Part shown: positions 20,001 through 29,096 of the stretch, one piece after another
Numbering within the stretch: the first letter of the stretch is position 1
How the letters are laid out: every line of letters starts with the position of its first letter
IMG/VR virus record: IMGVR_UViG_3300045988_010351
Direction: 5' to 3' (one strand)
Length of the DNA stretch: 64,000 nt
Source: a virus
Notes under the pieces: generated by a model
What the model was told of the DNA's origin: nothing
Databases searched by the model: none
What the model saw: the letters and a program-made list of their open reading frames with translations, nothing else
Made by a program: the position numbers and the translations under genes

Positions 20001-21700
20001 ATTGGTCTTTGTCTTATACCATCGTTGTATGTATTAGGAACTACTCTAAGGGAATTTTCCTTGTCTCCTAAATATACTACTTCAGACCATACTCCTCTTT
20101 TTGAGAGGAACTGTACTCCAAATCTGTAGACTTCTCCTTTCTGAAAGAATGTAATATCCTTGCTACTTCTTAATAAATTGCTGTTAGTATTCCATTGAAT
20201 ATCTAGATAAGAGCTATCATCACTATTATCAGTGACATTCTCTAATATATATTCCAGAGTACTTTTGGCTTCCACCTTATCCTTATCTGTATCTTCTATA
20301 AAGGACTTCTCTGTGCTTATGTTACCAAGAAACAGAGTGCCATCCTTATGTGACAAAGTACCTGCTATTAACTCTGTGCCTCCAAGATATAATAATTCTG
20401 ATGGGTCTACAGCAGTTCCTGTAGTCCCTGTATCATATATTACAGTTCCACTTATAGTTTTTTTACCTATGATTGGTTCTACACCCGATTCACCTAATGG
20501 ATTATCACCATCTGCTATAGTCAATTGGTATTTCTTTTCTACTCTTTGGTCATTAGTAATAGTTGGCCATAGCATCTTTGCAGACTTATTGGCTGGTATA
20601 GTGTATGTTATACCTGTGCTTCTATCTGTTATATAGAAAGGCTCATTTGTATCAACATCTATTGGGCTACTACCTAGTTGTACTCTTGGGTTTACTATAG
20701 CACAATCATATTGCTGTGTTACTAAATCTGTACCTCTGTACACTTTAGACTCTTGCCCAAGTCTCAATATATTATCAATAAGACCTGAACTAATAGGGTC
20801 ATTATCACCATACCTTAATAAGAAAGGATTGCTTACATTATTTGTCAATGAAAATGCAGAATACTCTTCATCATAACTTGACTCAGTTTTGAAATCTCCT
20901 ATATATTCCACAGAGGGAGTAGCATCTATAGAGGTTCTCATTATTCTATAAATTCTACAATAATCAAAACTATTACTAAGATTTTTGATTACTAGCTTAA
21001 ATGCAGATGCTGACTTCTGTGTACCATCAGGGTTTAACCCTCTACCATTATCAGAAGTATAATATAGTGCAGACTGATATATTGCAGGAGTTTCTTGACC
21101 ATGCTTATTAAAGTAAGCAATTGCATATTGCACTACACCACCATCAAATACAGCATTAACTCCAGGTGCTATACTCACTTCCAATTGTATAGGAGAGACT
21201 TTGCTATCACCTACTATTTTGGGAATGAAATCAAATTGAGTATCATTTCCTTCGTTATAACTATTGCATATATTTATTAGTCTGGGCTGATTTTTACCAT
21301 CTACCCAATATACTTTCTGAATCTCTTCATTCTCATATATGCCTATACTTTCTATAGGATGGCCAGTATCAAAGCCTAAATTTCCTCTATATAACTCAGA
21401 CTCCTTCTGTAGTTTACCATCAATACTTGCTATCTTATAAATTGCATCTGGCTTATCTTCTCCTAAACCAGTTACAAATAGGATAGCATAGTTATTGATT
21501 ACTTGAGTGCCAATAACAGTACCTTGTATTGTGAGTACTTCGGAATTGCTTTTCTCATTGACAAGACATAATGAGGTATTATCACCAGTAGTAACTACCC
21601 TCATGTTCCTAATGGTATATGCAGCATTAGCAGGAAATTGACTAACTGCCAAATCCTGCTGCATACTTTTAGGTATTATGGATACTTGCTTCTTTTGCAT
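17003..21700 (-). CDS. 1565-aa tail fibre / tail spike-like protein (N,G,T,Y,S-rich); contains a DLDGD motif
   Basis: A 4.7 kb ORF with beta-rich composition typical of receptor-binding or tail proteins. MDLDGDKGG matches the DxDGD pattern of double-psi beta-barrel RNAPs, but this could be coincidental. Confidence 0.55.
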   Translation of the reverse strand: MQKKQVSIIPKSMQQDLAVSQFPANAAYTIRNMRVVTTGDNTSLCLVNEKSNSEVLTIQGTVIGTQVINNYAILFVTGLGEDKPDAIYKIASIDGKLQKESELYRGNLGFDTGHPIESIGIYENEEIQKVYWVDGKNQPRLINICNSYNEGNDTQFDFIPKIVGDSKVSPIQLEVSIAPGVNAVFDGGVVQYAIAYFNKHGQETPAIYQSALYYTSDNGRGLNPDGTQKSASAFKLVIKNLSNSFDYCRIYRIMRTSIDATPSVEYIGDFKTESSYDEEYSAFSLTNNVSNPFLLRYGDNDPISSGLIDNILRLGQESKVYRGTDLVTQQYDCAIVNPRVQLGSSPIDVDTNEPFYITDRSTGITYTIPANKSAKMLWPTITNDQRVEKKYQLTIADGDNPLGESGVEPIIGKKTISGTVIYDTGTTGTAVDPSELLYLGGTELIAGTLSHKDGTLFLGNISTEKSFIEDTDKDKVEAKSTLEYILENVTDNSDDSSYLDIQWNTNSNLLRSSKDITFFQKGEVYRFGVQFLSKRGVWSEVVYLGDKENSLRVVPNTYNDGIRQRPIMKAKVYIPEGITKEYIAARLVCVYPTIYDRNVLCQGIVCPTVYNLGDRNDNSPYVQSSWFARPSYSRYNKFGTAYMSDKSTESLLQRGAPLEYRMVSKSIKENYKYKDAVIGLPDSECFNSEIFGVVNTPKATDYYLRTPTREDIADNFKNAFGVEKRVVTLHSPELDDSFNDDIQNISLSGVKFRVVGFAPVKTTLSDIDVSYTNPFVPNYSGLYNDNIESPSASPSHISGYSLINYPMWIDGIALGTNETYPGNKDGIMGAASYPIYPWHRNGSLSNQGKTDSSENRKSLLKTKVMSSLRICLPSVYLGEEYNMNISNVELWNDTDTNSAIKVLNTKDMWGTSTGIIYRGNIDKILTCEGDGNYDEHKIRVQNWYYNTNPYNDVPLDLQYPRESNYKYTKVDKIGNLGGFISPRNIYSSDPIPIQYKSTGHAVFAFDKVKKGEYAGRYEILPNISNGDYDNETVGYPFYEDGAYLPIAWLSKDEVNSYTGIYQKEIRTTSDLLNFNLQHRTIDDTNDDAAYYFIVGELYRDNVTNRFGGTSEQAKANNTWCPCGDIVYFTNSGTVTLYGNQGDTFLGRYDHLKTYPLANDNVNRIVDIVSFCCETRINVDGRYDRNRGNKNNLAVSPTNFNLFNKVYSQRNTFFNYAYLREDDTSVIRFPNQIMWSKTKTLGEDIDSWTNINAANVMDLDGDKGGLQALRRFNNDIYAFQDTGISKVIFNPRVQINASDGVPIEIANSGKVDGKVYLTDKYGCQNKWSIAETPSGLYFVDDLNQGILSFNGQNIVDLAYTKNMYSWINNNVSLDSWNLEDYGAIRTFYDRNNSDIYFTTSTDSLAFSERLGAFSSFYDYGKVEWMFNVEGNTYQIKGNKIWKLQGGKDYGIFFGENKGYSLAVIANPEFQLDKIFDTVEFRTNGIEHFINWKADSYPFNSLVTTNEYQTAISTTSSLKKKFRTWRWQIGRNTNSRDRVRNPWAKITMVGNSDTEVRLYDLAVTYYI

Positions 21701-21702
21701 AG

Positions 21703-22401
21703 TTATTGTAGTTTAATATATTCTCTTCTTCCCAATTGTTTCATGCCTTTACTATGCTCATTATTTCTTTGCAATAACTGAGTCCACATATTACTGATGG
21801 ACTCCATTTGGTCTATAGTAGGCATAGTTAAATCTCTTTGGGCTTGACCAACTGCCCAAGCATATTCTTGCTGAGTATTCTGTAATACTGCATTATTAAT
21901 TTTACCTTGGTCAAAGAGAATAGTAAATACTTTTTTCTTAATATAAAGTTCTAATGCTTGTATAAAGCTACTATTTTCAGGTATCATAGGATAACCTTCT
22001 TTATCAACTTTAATTGCATGATAAGCTATCTCTATAGTACCCTCTTTAATAGAAGTATAAATAATACTATTTTGTAACTTGTAGGTTAAATCCCAAGTAT
22101 CTGAATCTCCTTTCTTAGGACTATGATGGAAACTATCTGTAGTATATCTAAATACTCTAGGACAATATTCTCCCTCCTTATAAGTTCTTACCTGTATCAT
22201 ATCATAGTAATCACAAGGTAAGCACCCTCTGTAATCCTTTATGTCAATCAAGGCTGTCTTTTCTTCAAACTCATTAGGCACTCCTACAATTTGTAAAAAG
22301 TGTACAGTATAATTTACTACCCTTTCAAAAGATAGGTCTTGCAGTAGAGGATGCTCTAACAAGTCATCTAATGCCTGTTTTATACTTATATAGTTAACCA
22401 T
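21703..22401 (-). CDS. 232-aa hypothetical structural-module protein
   Basis: ORF 2 nt from the 1565-aa gene and overlapping the upstream gene by 16 nt. Confidence 0.55.
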   Translation of the reverse strand: MVNYISIKQALDDLLEHPLLQDLSFERVVNYTVHFLQIVGVPNEFEEKTALIDIKDYRGCLPCDYYDMIQVRTYKEGEYCPRVFRYTTDSFHHSPKKGDSDTWDLTYKLQNSIIYTSIKEGTIEIAYHAIKVDKEGYPMIPENSSFIQALELYIKKKVFTILFDQGKINNAVLQNTQQEYAWAVGQAQRDLTMPTIDQMESISNMWTQLLQRNNEHSKGMKQLGRREYIKLQ

Positions 22402-24944
22402 ATTCTTCTATCTCTTTGTTTTGGTTGTTTTGGTTGTCTTATCTGATTTATATAGTTTACATAATCAAAGAACCCAGGAGTATAATAAGACTCTTTCTGA
22501 CTTTCAGTATTAAATGCTAATGGAAGAGTTTCAATGTTGTCTTGTATTACTGGATTACTTTCTATAATAGGTTGAACTGCTGGAGTTATATCTAAAGGGG
22601 TAGCTAAAGGAGTAGTCTCTTGTACAGGAACATAAGCCCCAAGCATAGACCTTTCTTTCTTTCTTCTATTAGCTAATCCTCTATACTTCTTATCTCCAGA
22701 AGCCCACATAGTACCTTTAACATCTTCAATAGTTGCATTACCTTGTAGATACTTAGCTAATGTAGGAGCAGTTCTTGTCTTAAATCTTCCTGTTCCAACA
22801 TTATAAGCAAAACTATATAATCCATCTAATTGCTCTTGACTTAGTTTCTCTAAAGCACCTTCAGGGAGTACTTGATTAAACATAGTATCCATTCTATCAA
22901 AAGGAACATTAGTTCTCATAGTAGAGCCTTCCCAAGTAGATATTTGTTTTCTAATATTGCTTGATGACCTATATCTAGTTGCTTTTTTACCTCCATCAGC
23001 AAATAAATTACCACCTAATGCTTTTTGATTTCCTTCATAACGATTTACATAATCATAATTAAAATCATCAAATCTTCCAGCTCTATCTCTATACATCCAA
23101 CCTGTACCTAATTCATTTGGAATAAGTTCTGTATGATTACCATTTGGAGTAACTGTTATTTCAGGTAATTGATAAGCACCATCATACATAACTTTTGTTG
23201 CTCCTCTATTATAGTCTAAATCTGAACCTAAATAATCTAATACTCTATCTGTGTTTTCAGGTACAGCTTGTCTTGCAGACATATTAAATATTTTATCATT
23301 ATTAAGCCAAGAATTAGCGCCTAAATCAGGATAAGTAGCATGATTTGGTGTTTTATAAATACCACTTCTACCTTCATCATCAAAATGACCATGCCCTCCT
23401 TTTTCAATAGACTCTAGTTGCCTATAAGCTCTATCTGGATCATCATTATAATACTTTTGATAATCATAATTATCTTGACTTAAATCTTGATTACCCCATG
23501 CTTTAGATAATCTAGTAGAAAAATCTTTATATGATTTTTTAAGTGGTCCTCCCCCTTTCCTAATCCTTTTCCAATTATGTGCGGCATTTCTATCAAAAAT
23601 AGAAAAACTTTGTGGAAATTTTTCTAATGGATTACTATTAGGATATTCACCTACACTATAACCATGCGAAGATAAAAAGTCACTGACTTGCTTATTTACC
23701 CAAATATTATTATTATCAACATCCTCTATAGATAATGGGTATTTACTCCTAGCATTTACTTTTTTATCTATTCCAGCATTAACTATTTTTCTTAGGTCTT
23801 CTTTGAAAGCACTACTTTCATTTGGAAATATTAAATCTATAGCATCAACATTGTTATCTGTACCAAGACCAAATTTAAGTACTTTATATTTTCTAGTATA
23901 TTTACCAGGAACACCTTGTACATCTGAGCCAGTTAAAGGAGTAAATTTCAGTTTCTTTAGAGATTTAGGAGAATATGCAGCTTTCAAGTATCTCTCTGTT
24001 AATGGGCTATCAATTTTTAATAAACTCATAGGGTCTCCTTTGCCAATAGGAGTAAACATATTATATCCATTACTACCCCTATCAAAAAATTCAAAACTAG
24101 GTCTTTTAACATACCCTTTATAAATAACATTTCCGAAATTAGAATTATAATCAGGATAGGGAGATACATGTAATCCTGCATCATTTTTAGTAGCTACATT
24201 AAAATTAGCTATATCAAATGGTTCAGGAGAATGATGATATACCTTCATATATCTTGGGTCTAGTTCATATCTTAAATCTGAATTTAGTAGTCTTTGTCCA
24301 AGAACTTTACCTCCCTTTAATATATAATTAAAGGCCGCATCCCCCAAAGCACTTTCAAAAGCATTGTTTATAGAAGATAAAGGATAACGTGCTCCAAAAT
24401 TTAATTGTTGGTTTGCTATTACAGGATTATAATTAAAACTATTTTGATTCATTGTATATGGGGAACCCATAGCAGCATTTAGAGCCGCAACTTCAAAATA
24501 GTTTTGTTTATTTCTTTCGGCTTCTTCTTTAGAAACAGTAGGTCTATAACTATCATCATAAAATCCAGCTTGTGTTTTCTGCTGTAAGTTATCCTGTGCC
24601 ATCTGTTTCCATACCTCAGCCATTTCTGGATGCTCTTTCTTGAACCTGTTTAACCAAGTTCTTTTACCTGTTACTGTGGCTTCTGATAAACCAATTGCAG
24701 CATCACGGCCTACAATTTTACCATTACCATCTATTGCAAAACCTTCTCCTGTAGATTTGTCTACATGCAAACTAAGTTTAGGAAGAGTCTTATCAGAGCC
24801 TTTTAATTCTTCATTCCTAGTATCTCCTCCCATTGCAAATTTATTATATATCCCTCTAATAGTATCTAAATCAGTAATACCATTCTCAATTCCTAATTTT
24901 ATATAGGAGGCTCTATCTTTCATGGATAAATCATTCCAACTCAT
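22386..24944 (-). CDS. 852-aa tail-associated protein (hypothetical)
   Basis: Long ORF in the structural operon; no catalytic motif recognised by eye. Confidence 0.55.
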   Translation of the reverse strand: MSWNDLSMKDRASYIKLGIENGITDLDTIRGIYNKFAMGGDTRNEELKGSDKTLPKLSLHVDKSTGEGFAIDGNGKIVGRDAAIGLSEATVTGKRTWLNRFKKEHPEMAEVWKQMAQDNLQQKTQAGFYDDSYRPTVSKEEAERNKQNYFEVAALNAAMGSPYTMNQNSFNYNPVIANQQLNFGARYPLSSINNAFESALGDAAFNYILKGGKVLGQRLLNSDLRYELDPRYMKVYHHSPEPFDIANFNVATKNDAGLHVSPYPDYNSNFGNVIYKGYVKRPSFEFFDRGSNGYNMFTPIGKGDPMSLLKIDSPLTERYLKAAYSPKSLKKLKFTPLTGSDVQGVPGKYTRKYKVLKFGLGTDNNVDAIDLIFPNESSAFKEDLRKIVNAGIDKKVNARSKYPLSIEDVDNNNIWVNKQVSDFLSSHGYSVGEYPNSNPLEKFPQSFSIFDRNAAHNWKRIRKGGGPLKKSYKDFSTRLSKAWGNQDLSQDNYDYQKYYNDDPDRAYRQLESIEKGGHGHFDDEGRSGIYKTPNHATYPDLGANSWLNNDKIFNMSARQAVPENTDRVLDYLGSDLDYNRGATKVMYDGAYQLPEITVTPNGNHTELIPNELGTGWMYRDRAGRFDDFNYDYVNRYEGNQKALGGNLFADGGKKATRYRSSSNIRKQISTWEGSTMRTNVPFDRMDTMFNQVLPEGALEKLSQEQLDGLYSFAYNVGTGRFKTRTAPTLAKYLQGNATIEDVKGTMWASGDKKYRGLANRRKKERSMLGAYVPVQETTPLATPLDITPAVQPIIESNPVIQDNIETLPLAFNTESQKESYYTPGFFDYVNYINQIRQPKQPKQRDRRIWLTI

Positions 24945-24945
24945 A

Positions 24946-25530
24946 TTATTTCTTATTTAGTAGGAAGGCATCTATCTTGCCATCCTTAATATTCTTTATA
25001 AGAGCCTTCTTTAATTCTCTATTAACCTTAAATTCATAGAAGACTTGATTATTATATTTTGCTAACTGTTTATTATAGTAGACCTTAAAGATTTCTTTTT
25101 CCTCCACTTTAACCAGTGTTTTTTCCTTATAGGCTTCCTCATCTTCATACCATAATTTAAGAGTTTTATCCCAGTCTATAGGTAAGTTAGTCTTGACTTT
25201 TTCTCCATCAAGACTAACTCTCACATCGTATTTCCTTAGCTCTATTCTACCCATTCTATGTGGCAACTTAATATCATTACCTTGAAGAAAACTATCAGCT
25301 AAGTAATTATTGACTTTCCTTATAATGCTATAGAACTCATGTTCTGTAAGACATTTTCCTATATTAAGCCATCTATTCTTTCTTATCCACTTGTAAGCAT
25401 CATATACCCCCAATGAGTTATTGACTTTAGACTTTCTTGTATTTTTCAGATGTAAAATTTTAGACCTAAATTCTTCATAGGCCATACTTTCATCAACTAC
25501 CTTATTTCTGCTTTCTTCAAGGCCAATCAT
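24946..25530 (-). CDS. 194-aa hypothetical protein
   Basis: ORF directly abutting its neighbours (1 nt gap, 1 nt overlap). Confidence 0.5.
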   Translation of the reverse strand: MIGLEESRNKVVDESMAYEEFRSKILHLKNTRKSKVNNSLGVYDAYKWIRKNRWLNIGKCLTEHEFYSIIRKVNNYLADSFLQGNDIKLPHRMGRIELRKYDVRVSLDGEKVKTNLPIDWDKTLKLWYEDEEAYKEKTLVKVEEKEIFKVYYNKQLAKYNNQVFYEFKVNRELKKALIKNIKDGKIDAFLLNKK

Positions 25531-26258
25531 TATTCAAGTGCTTTTGCTAAATTAGACTTTGTATTAAGTTTAAGGAATGTAGCTAAGTCAGCTAAAGCAT
25601 CGTTAGCATCATTGCTATCATCTTTAGGTCTATATTCAGCACCCAATAACTCCTTAACCACAAATTCAATTAGGGGAGGCACTAATGCAGACTCTATAGG
25701 AAACTCTCTATCTAATATATCACATGTTGTATTACCACTTCCATCAGGACATTGTAACTCTGATGCAGCTTTAGGGTCTTCAAATATACCTGTCATTCTT
25801 ACCTTTTCAAGATACAAGTATTGTGGATTGAAAGACTTAAAATATAGATAATTGTCTGGGCCAATAGAAGCATAGATAATATTCTTCAGATATTTATTAT
25901 ATCCTACATACCTCATCCTTTCTCTACTTATATAAGCAATCTCTCCTTGATAATAATCAATTGGATAAATCTTGGGATTGCCTATCTTCATTAGAAAAGG
26001 TATCTGTTCTTTACTTCTTAGATAAGAACCTCCTTCACAGGGTTCACCTGATATAGCAGGTACTTCTACCAAATCTAAGCATATAGTTTGGTAATTACTC
26101 TCAGGTATCTGCTTCTTTATATCTGAGTATTTCTGCTTCAAAAGGAGTGTTCTGTATTTTCCTAATAGGAATATTACGTGTTCTTCAGTATATGAAGCAT
26201 CATCAGAATAAAGCTTCAATTCATCCAAACACATATATACTAATTCTTTATATGTCAT
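25530..26258 (-). CDS. 242-aa hypothetical structural protein
   Basis: ORF preceded upstream by a TATATTTG box at 26294-26301. Confidence 0.5.
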   Translation of the reverse strand: MTYKELVYMCLDELKLYSDDASYTEEHVIFLLGKYRTLLLKQKYSDIKKQIPESNYQTICLDLVEVPAISGEPCEGGSYLRSKEQIPFLMKIGNPKIYPIDYYQGEIAYISRERMRYVGYNKYLKNIIYASIGPDNYLYFKSFNPQYLYLEKVRMTGIFEDPKAASELQCPDGSGNTTCDILDREFPIESALVPPLIEFVVKELLGAEYRPKDDSNDANDALADLATFLKLNTKSNLAKALE

Positions 26259-26286
26259 AATTATATTAGTTATGATAAATAATTAA

Positions 26287-26330
26287 AGCACTGCAAATAT
26301 AAATAAAATTTTTTATATTCGCAATGCTTT
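26287..26330 (-). promoter_or_regulatory. intergenic inverted repeat with a TAnnTTTG-type box (promoter and/or terminator)
   Basis: AAAGCACTGCAAAT ... ATTCGCAATGCTTT is an imperfect palindrome. On the minus strand TATATTTGCAG reads as a -7 box. Confidence 0.35.
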
Positions 26331-26358
26331 AATCCCCTTTATATATAGATTATAACTA

Positions 26359-26721
26359 TTATATTTTTATCCTAATGTTTGAATCTTCAGTACTTCTAAT
26401 AATAGAGTCCTCAGTAATCCTACACTTTATATACTCTAAGTAGTTAGAATTATAATGAAAAAGAGAATCATATGTAGCATATGATGGTAAGTCAATAAGG
26501 CAATTATTGCCCATTATACAATATAATGCGTTTGTTATTGACTTATAATCACTTTCTGTTATATAGAAAGAAAACTCACTTGTTAGCAATTCTTCTATAA
26601 ATAAAAGAACTAATAACTTAGATACATCATCATAATTTTTATATCCTAACTTAGATAAAGCATTAAAGTATCTCTTTAGAGCCTCTTCTGCAATATTAGT
26701 TATATCATCCATAGCATCCAC
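26359..26721 (-). CDS. 120-aa hypothetical protein
   Basis: ORF overlapping the next gene by 17 nt. Confidence 0.45.
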   Translation of the reverse strand: MDAMDDITNIAEEALKRYFNALSKLGYKNYDDVSKLLVLLFIEELLTSEFSFYITESDYKSITNALYCIMGNNCLIDLPSYATYDSLFHYNSNYLEYIKCRITEDSIIRSTEDSNIRIKI

Positions 26722-27256
26722 AATTTTTAGTAACAGAAGTATTTTTTATTTTAGAGAAATACTTTTTCCAATACTTTATAACTAGAGGGTAATTACCCGT
26801 CTTAATTCCTATTTCTATAGCCTTAAATCTAAGAATAGTATCTATAAATTCTTTTGGAATAGTACAATTTTTTTCTACTTCCCTTATATATGATAGCATA
26901 CTATTATAAGCATCTTGTAAATTTATTACTGTTCCCATTATTTTACTGTTGTCAAATCCACAAGGAGTGTTAGCAGCAGGAGTGCCAGTAGCTATTACAT
27001 AGATAAATAATATATCAGAATGACAATTTATATTGAGAGCATTAATAGGTAACTCAAGTCTTACTTGCTTTTTATTATCTGAGCTGTAAGTATAAATAGG
27101 AGAAGAACTTGGGCCATTAGCAACAAAAGTATCTTGATTATCTATAACAATACTACCAATAAATACATTATCATAATAATCTAGGCTATCTACAGCAGCA
27201 TCAATTAAAAGGTATTTATTATCTTTTGAATACCTTAGCTCATTAAAGTGTAACAT
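26705..27256 (-). CDS. 183-aa hypothetical protein
   Basis: ORF. Confidence 0.5.
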   Translation of the reverse strand: MLHFNELRYSKDNKYLLIDAAVDSLDYYDNVFIGSIVIDNQDTFVANGPSSSPIYTYSSDNKKQVRLELPINALNINCHSDILFIYVIATGTPAANTPCGFDNSKIMGTVINLQDAYNSMLSYIREVEKNCTIPKEFIDTILRFKAIEIGIKTGNYPLVIKYWKKYFSKIKNTSVTKNCGCYG

Positions 27257-27274
27257 AGCTTATCCTTTTAATAT

Positions 27275-27300
27275 TATAAATAAAATAAGGGAGACTTAAT
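27275..27300 (-). terminator. rho-independent terminator after the 341-aa gene
   Basis: Stem AAGGGAG / CTCCCTT. Read on the minus strand it is followed by ATTTTATTTAT. Confidence 0.5.
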
Positions 27301-27321
27301 AGCCTCCCTTATAAATCTTGT

Positions 27322-28347
27322 TTATCTTTCAGAAGTATCAAGAGCAGCTATAGTTAAACCTGTTGCAGTATTAATAGCTGTTATAATGCTATTAGCAAGA
27401 ACATTGCTCACATTATTCTTATCACCTACCTTTGGTACTACAAGAGTAATTGTCTTTTCAGACTTCTGAACTGATTCATTACTACCTACATAAGCATAGT
27501 GAATATCAATCACATTATACTTAACAGTTGGGTCTACAAGATAAGTAGTATCAATATTATTGGGCCAACCAATCTTTCTATATTGATCACCTCTCTCACC
27601 CATGCAGAAGTACTCAAGGTCTGCAATCTTCTTACCATTAGCAATAGTGCCAGCAGGCTCAGTATCTTCTACCTTACCCCAAACTCTCTCATCACCATCT
27701 ACAGTAACAGTAGTAGGCTGTACTTCAAAATATACAGGAGTTTGCTCCATGACACCAAGTCTCCAAGGTTGCTCAATCTCATCAATAACAAGTGCCTTAT
27801 AAGTTCCAGTTAAAGCACTCTCTTTAGTATTAGCATCAACAGGAACTGCCTCATCACTAGAATTTGTTAAGACAAACTTAACAAGAGGAACTAACTCTCT
27901 GCTAAAGTTCTTAACCAGTGACAGAGCTAACTTCTTATAGAAATCCGAAGCTGTCATGCCTGCATAAGCATGTACCATACCATACTTGAAGTATTGGTCC
28001 TCATCAGACATACCTACATACTGTCTGAATGCAATTCTAAGTATGTAATCCTGTCCAGCTACAGGAGCACCTGCATTTACTTCATTGTCAAGAGTTACTG
28101 TAACTGCCTTTAACTCGTGTGCCATAGAATCAGCATCAGTAGCCTTAGCATAAAGGATATTCTTGGTGTCAATTAGGTCACTTCTCATCAAGTTGTCAGC
28201 ACCCTTGTATTCAAAATACAGATGATTCTTAGCTTTATCATTCTTTACTGCAATAGAACCAGCAGCATCAGATGCAAGTACATGAGGATTCTTCAATTCT
28301 TTTGCCACATAAAGCTGTCTTACTTGATTTGTACTAAATGTTGCCAT
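27322..28347 (-). CDS. 341-aa virion protein (capsid decoration or auxiliary candidate)
   Basis: ORF followed by a terminator hairpin, placed next to the capsid gene cluster. Confidence 0.5.
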   Translation of the reverse strand: MATFSTNQVRQLYVAKELKNPHVLASDAAGSIAVKNDKAKNHLYFEYKGADNLMRSDLIDTKNILYAKATDADSMAHELKAVTVTLDNEVNAGAPVAGQDYILRIAFRQYVGMSDEDQYFKYGMVHAYAGMTASDFYKKLALSLVKNFSRELVPLVKFVLTNSSDEAVPVDANTKESALTGTYKALVIDEIEQPWRLGVMEQTPVYFEVQPTTVTVDGDERVWGKVEDTEPAGTIANGKKIADLEYFCMGERGDQYRKIGWPNNIDTTYLVDPTVKYNVIDIHYAYVGSNESVQKSEKTITLVVPKVGDKNNVSNVLANSIITAINTATGLTIAALDTSER

Positions 28348-28377
28348 TTTAATTTAATATTAAATTATACAATAGTT

Positions 28378-29091
28378 TTATTCTTTTCCTGTATTTGGAA
28401 CCTTACTTATTATGGCAAGTTTTACTGCTCTCTCAAGTATAGCTCTATGTATTACAGGGTTTAATTCACATTCTGTTTTTGTACTTATATCATTGATTGA
28501 CAGGTCATCTGCCAAATTAGTTAATATAATAGGAACAGGTCTTGAAAGGTATCTAACAAGATAACTTTCTACATTATATTTTGATACTATCTCTACTACC
28601 TTATTACTTAAATCAAGCCTTAAAGCTTTCCTTTCATTAGCACCTCTAAAGGGATTCTTCCCTATTCTATGGTACTCATCTTGAGTAATTGGTATTACAG
28701 AGATGTCTTCACCACTCATACATCCTAATCTATCATCTTTCAAATTAACTGATTCATAGGTTATGAACCATAAGTCATCAGGTAATTCAAAGAATACAGA
28801 GGATTTGGATAGTCCTGTATATCCTACTTTCTTGTCAGTAGTTGTGTAGGTCTTTATTAAATCACTCAAGTATCTCCTAATTTCCTCAGTCTTCTCAAAT
28901 GAGTCTCCAAAAGGATTCTTACCATTATACAGGTCTATTATTATCTCTTCTTGAGCCTTAGTAAGAAATATTGATTTTTCATACTCATCAAAAGCTAAAT
29001 TATTTTTATCATAACTATCACCAAAAGCATTATTATTAGCATAAGCATTAATCAATACATCAAACTCATTACTAAATTCTAAAGTAGTCAT
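28378..29091 (-). CDS. 237-aa structural protein, short paralog of the adjacent 405-aa gene
   Basis: N-terminus MTTLEFSNEFDVLINAY...DEYEKSIFLTKAQEEII matches MTCEEFSNEFDILYNNV...DEYEKSVFLTRAQDDIV in the neighbour. The C-terminal YLSRPVPIILTNL...HRAILERAVKLA matches YLAHPTPIILTDL...HSEILQRAVELA. Confidence 0.6.
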   Translation of the reverse strand: MTTLEFSNEFDVLINAYANNNAFGDSYDKNNLAFDEYEKSIFLTKAQEEIIIDLYNGKNPFGDSFEKTEEIRRYLSDLIKTYTTTDKKVGYTGLSKSSVFFELPDDLWFITYESVNLKDDRLGCMSGEDISVIPITQDEYHRIGKNPFRGANERKALRLDLSNKVVEIVSKYNVESYLVRYLSRPVPIILTNLADDLSINDISTKTECELNPVIHRAILERAVKLAIISKVPNTGKE

Positions 29092-29096
29092 AATTA

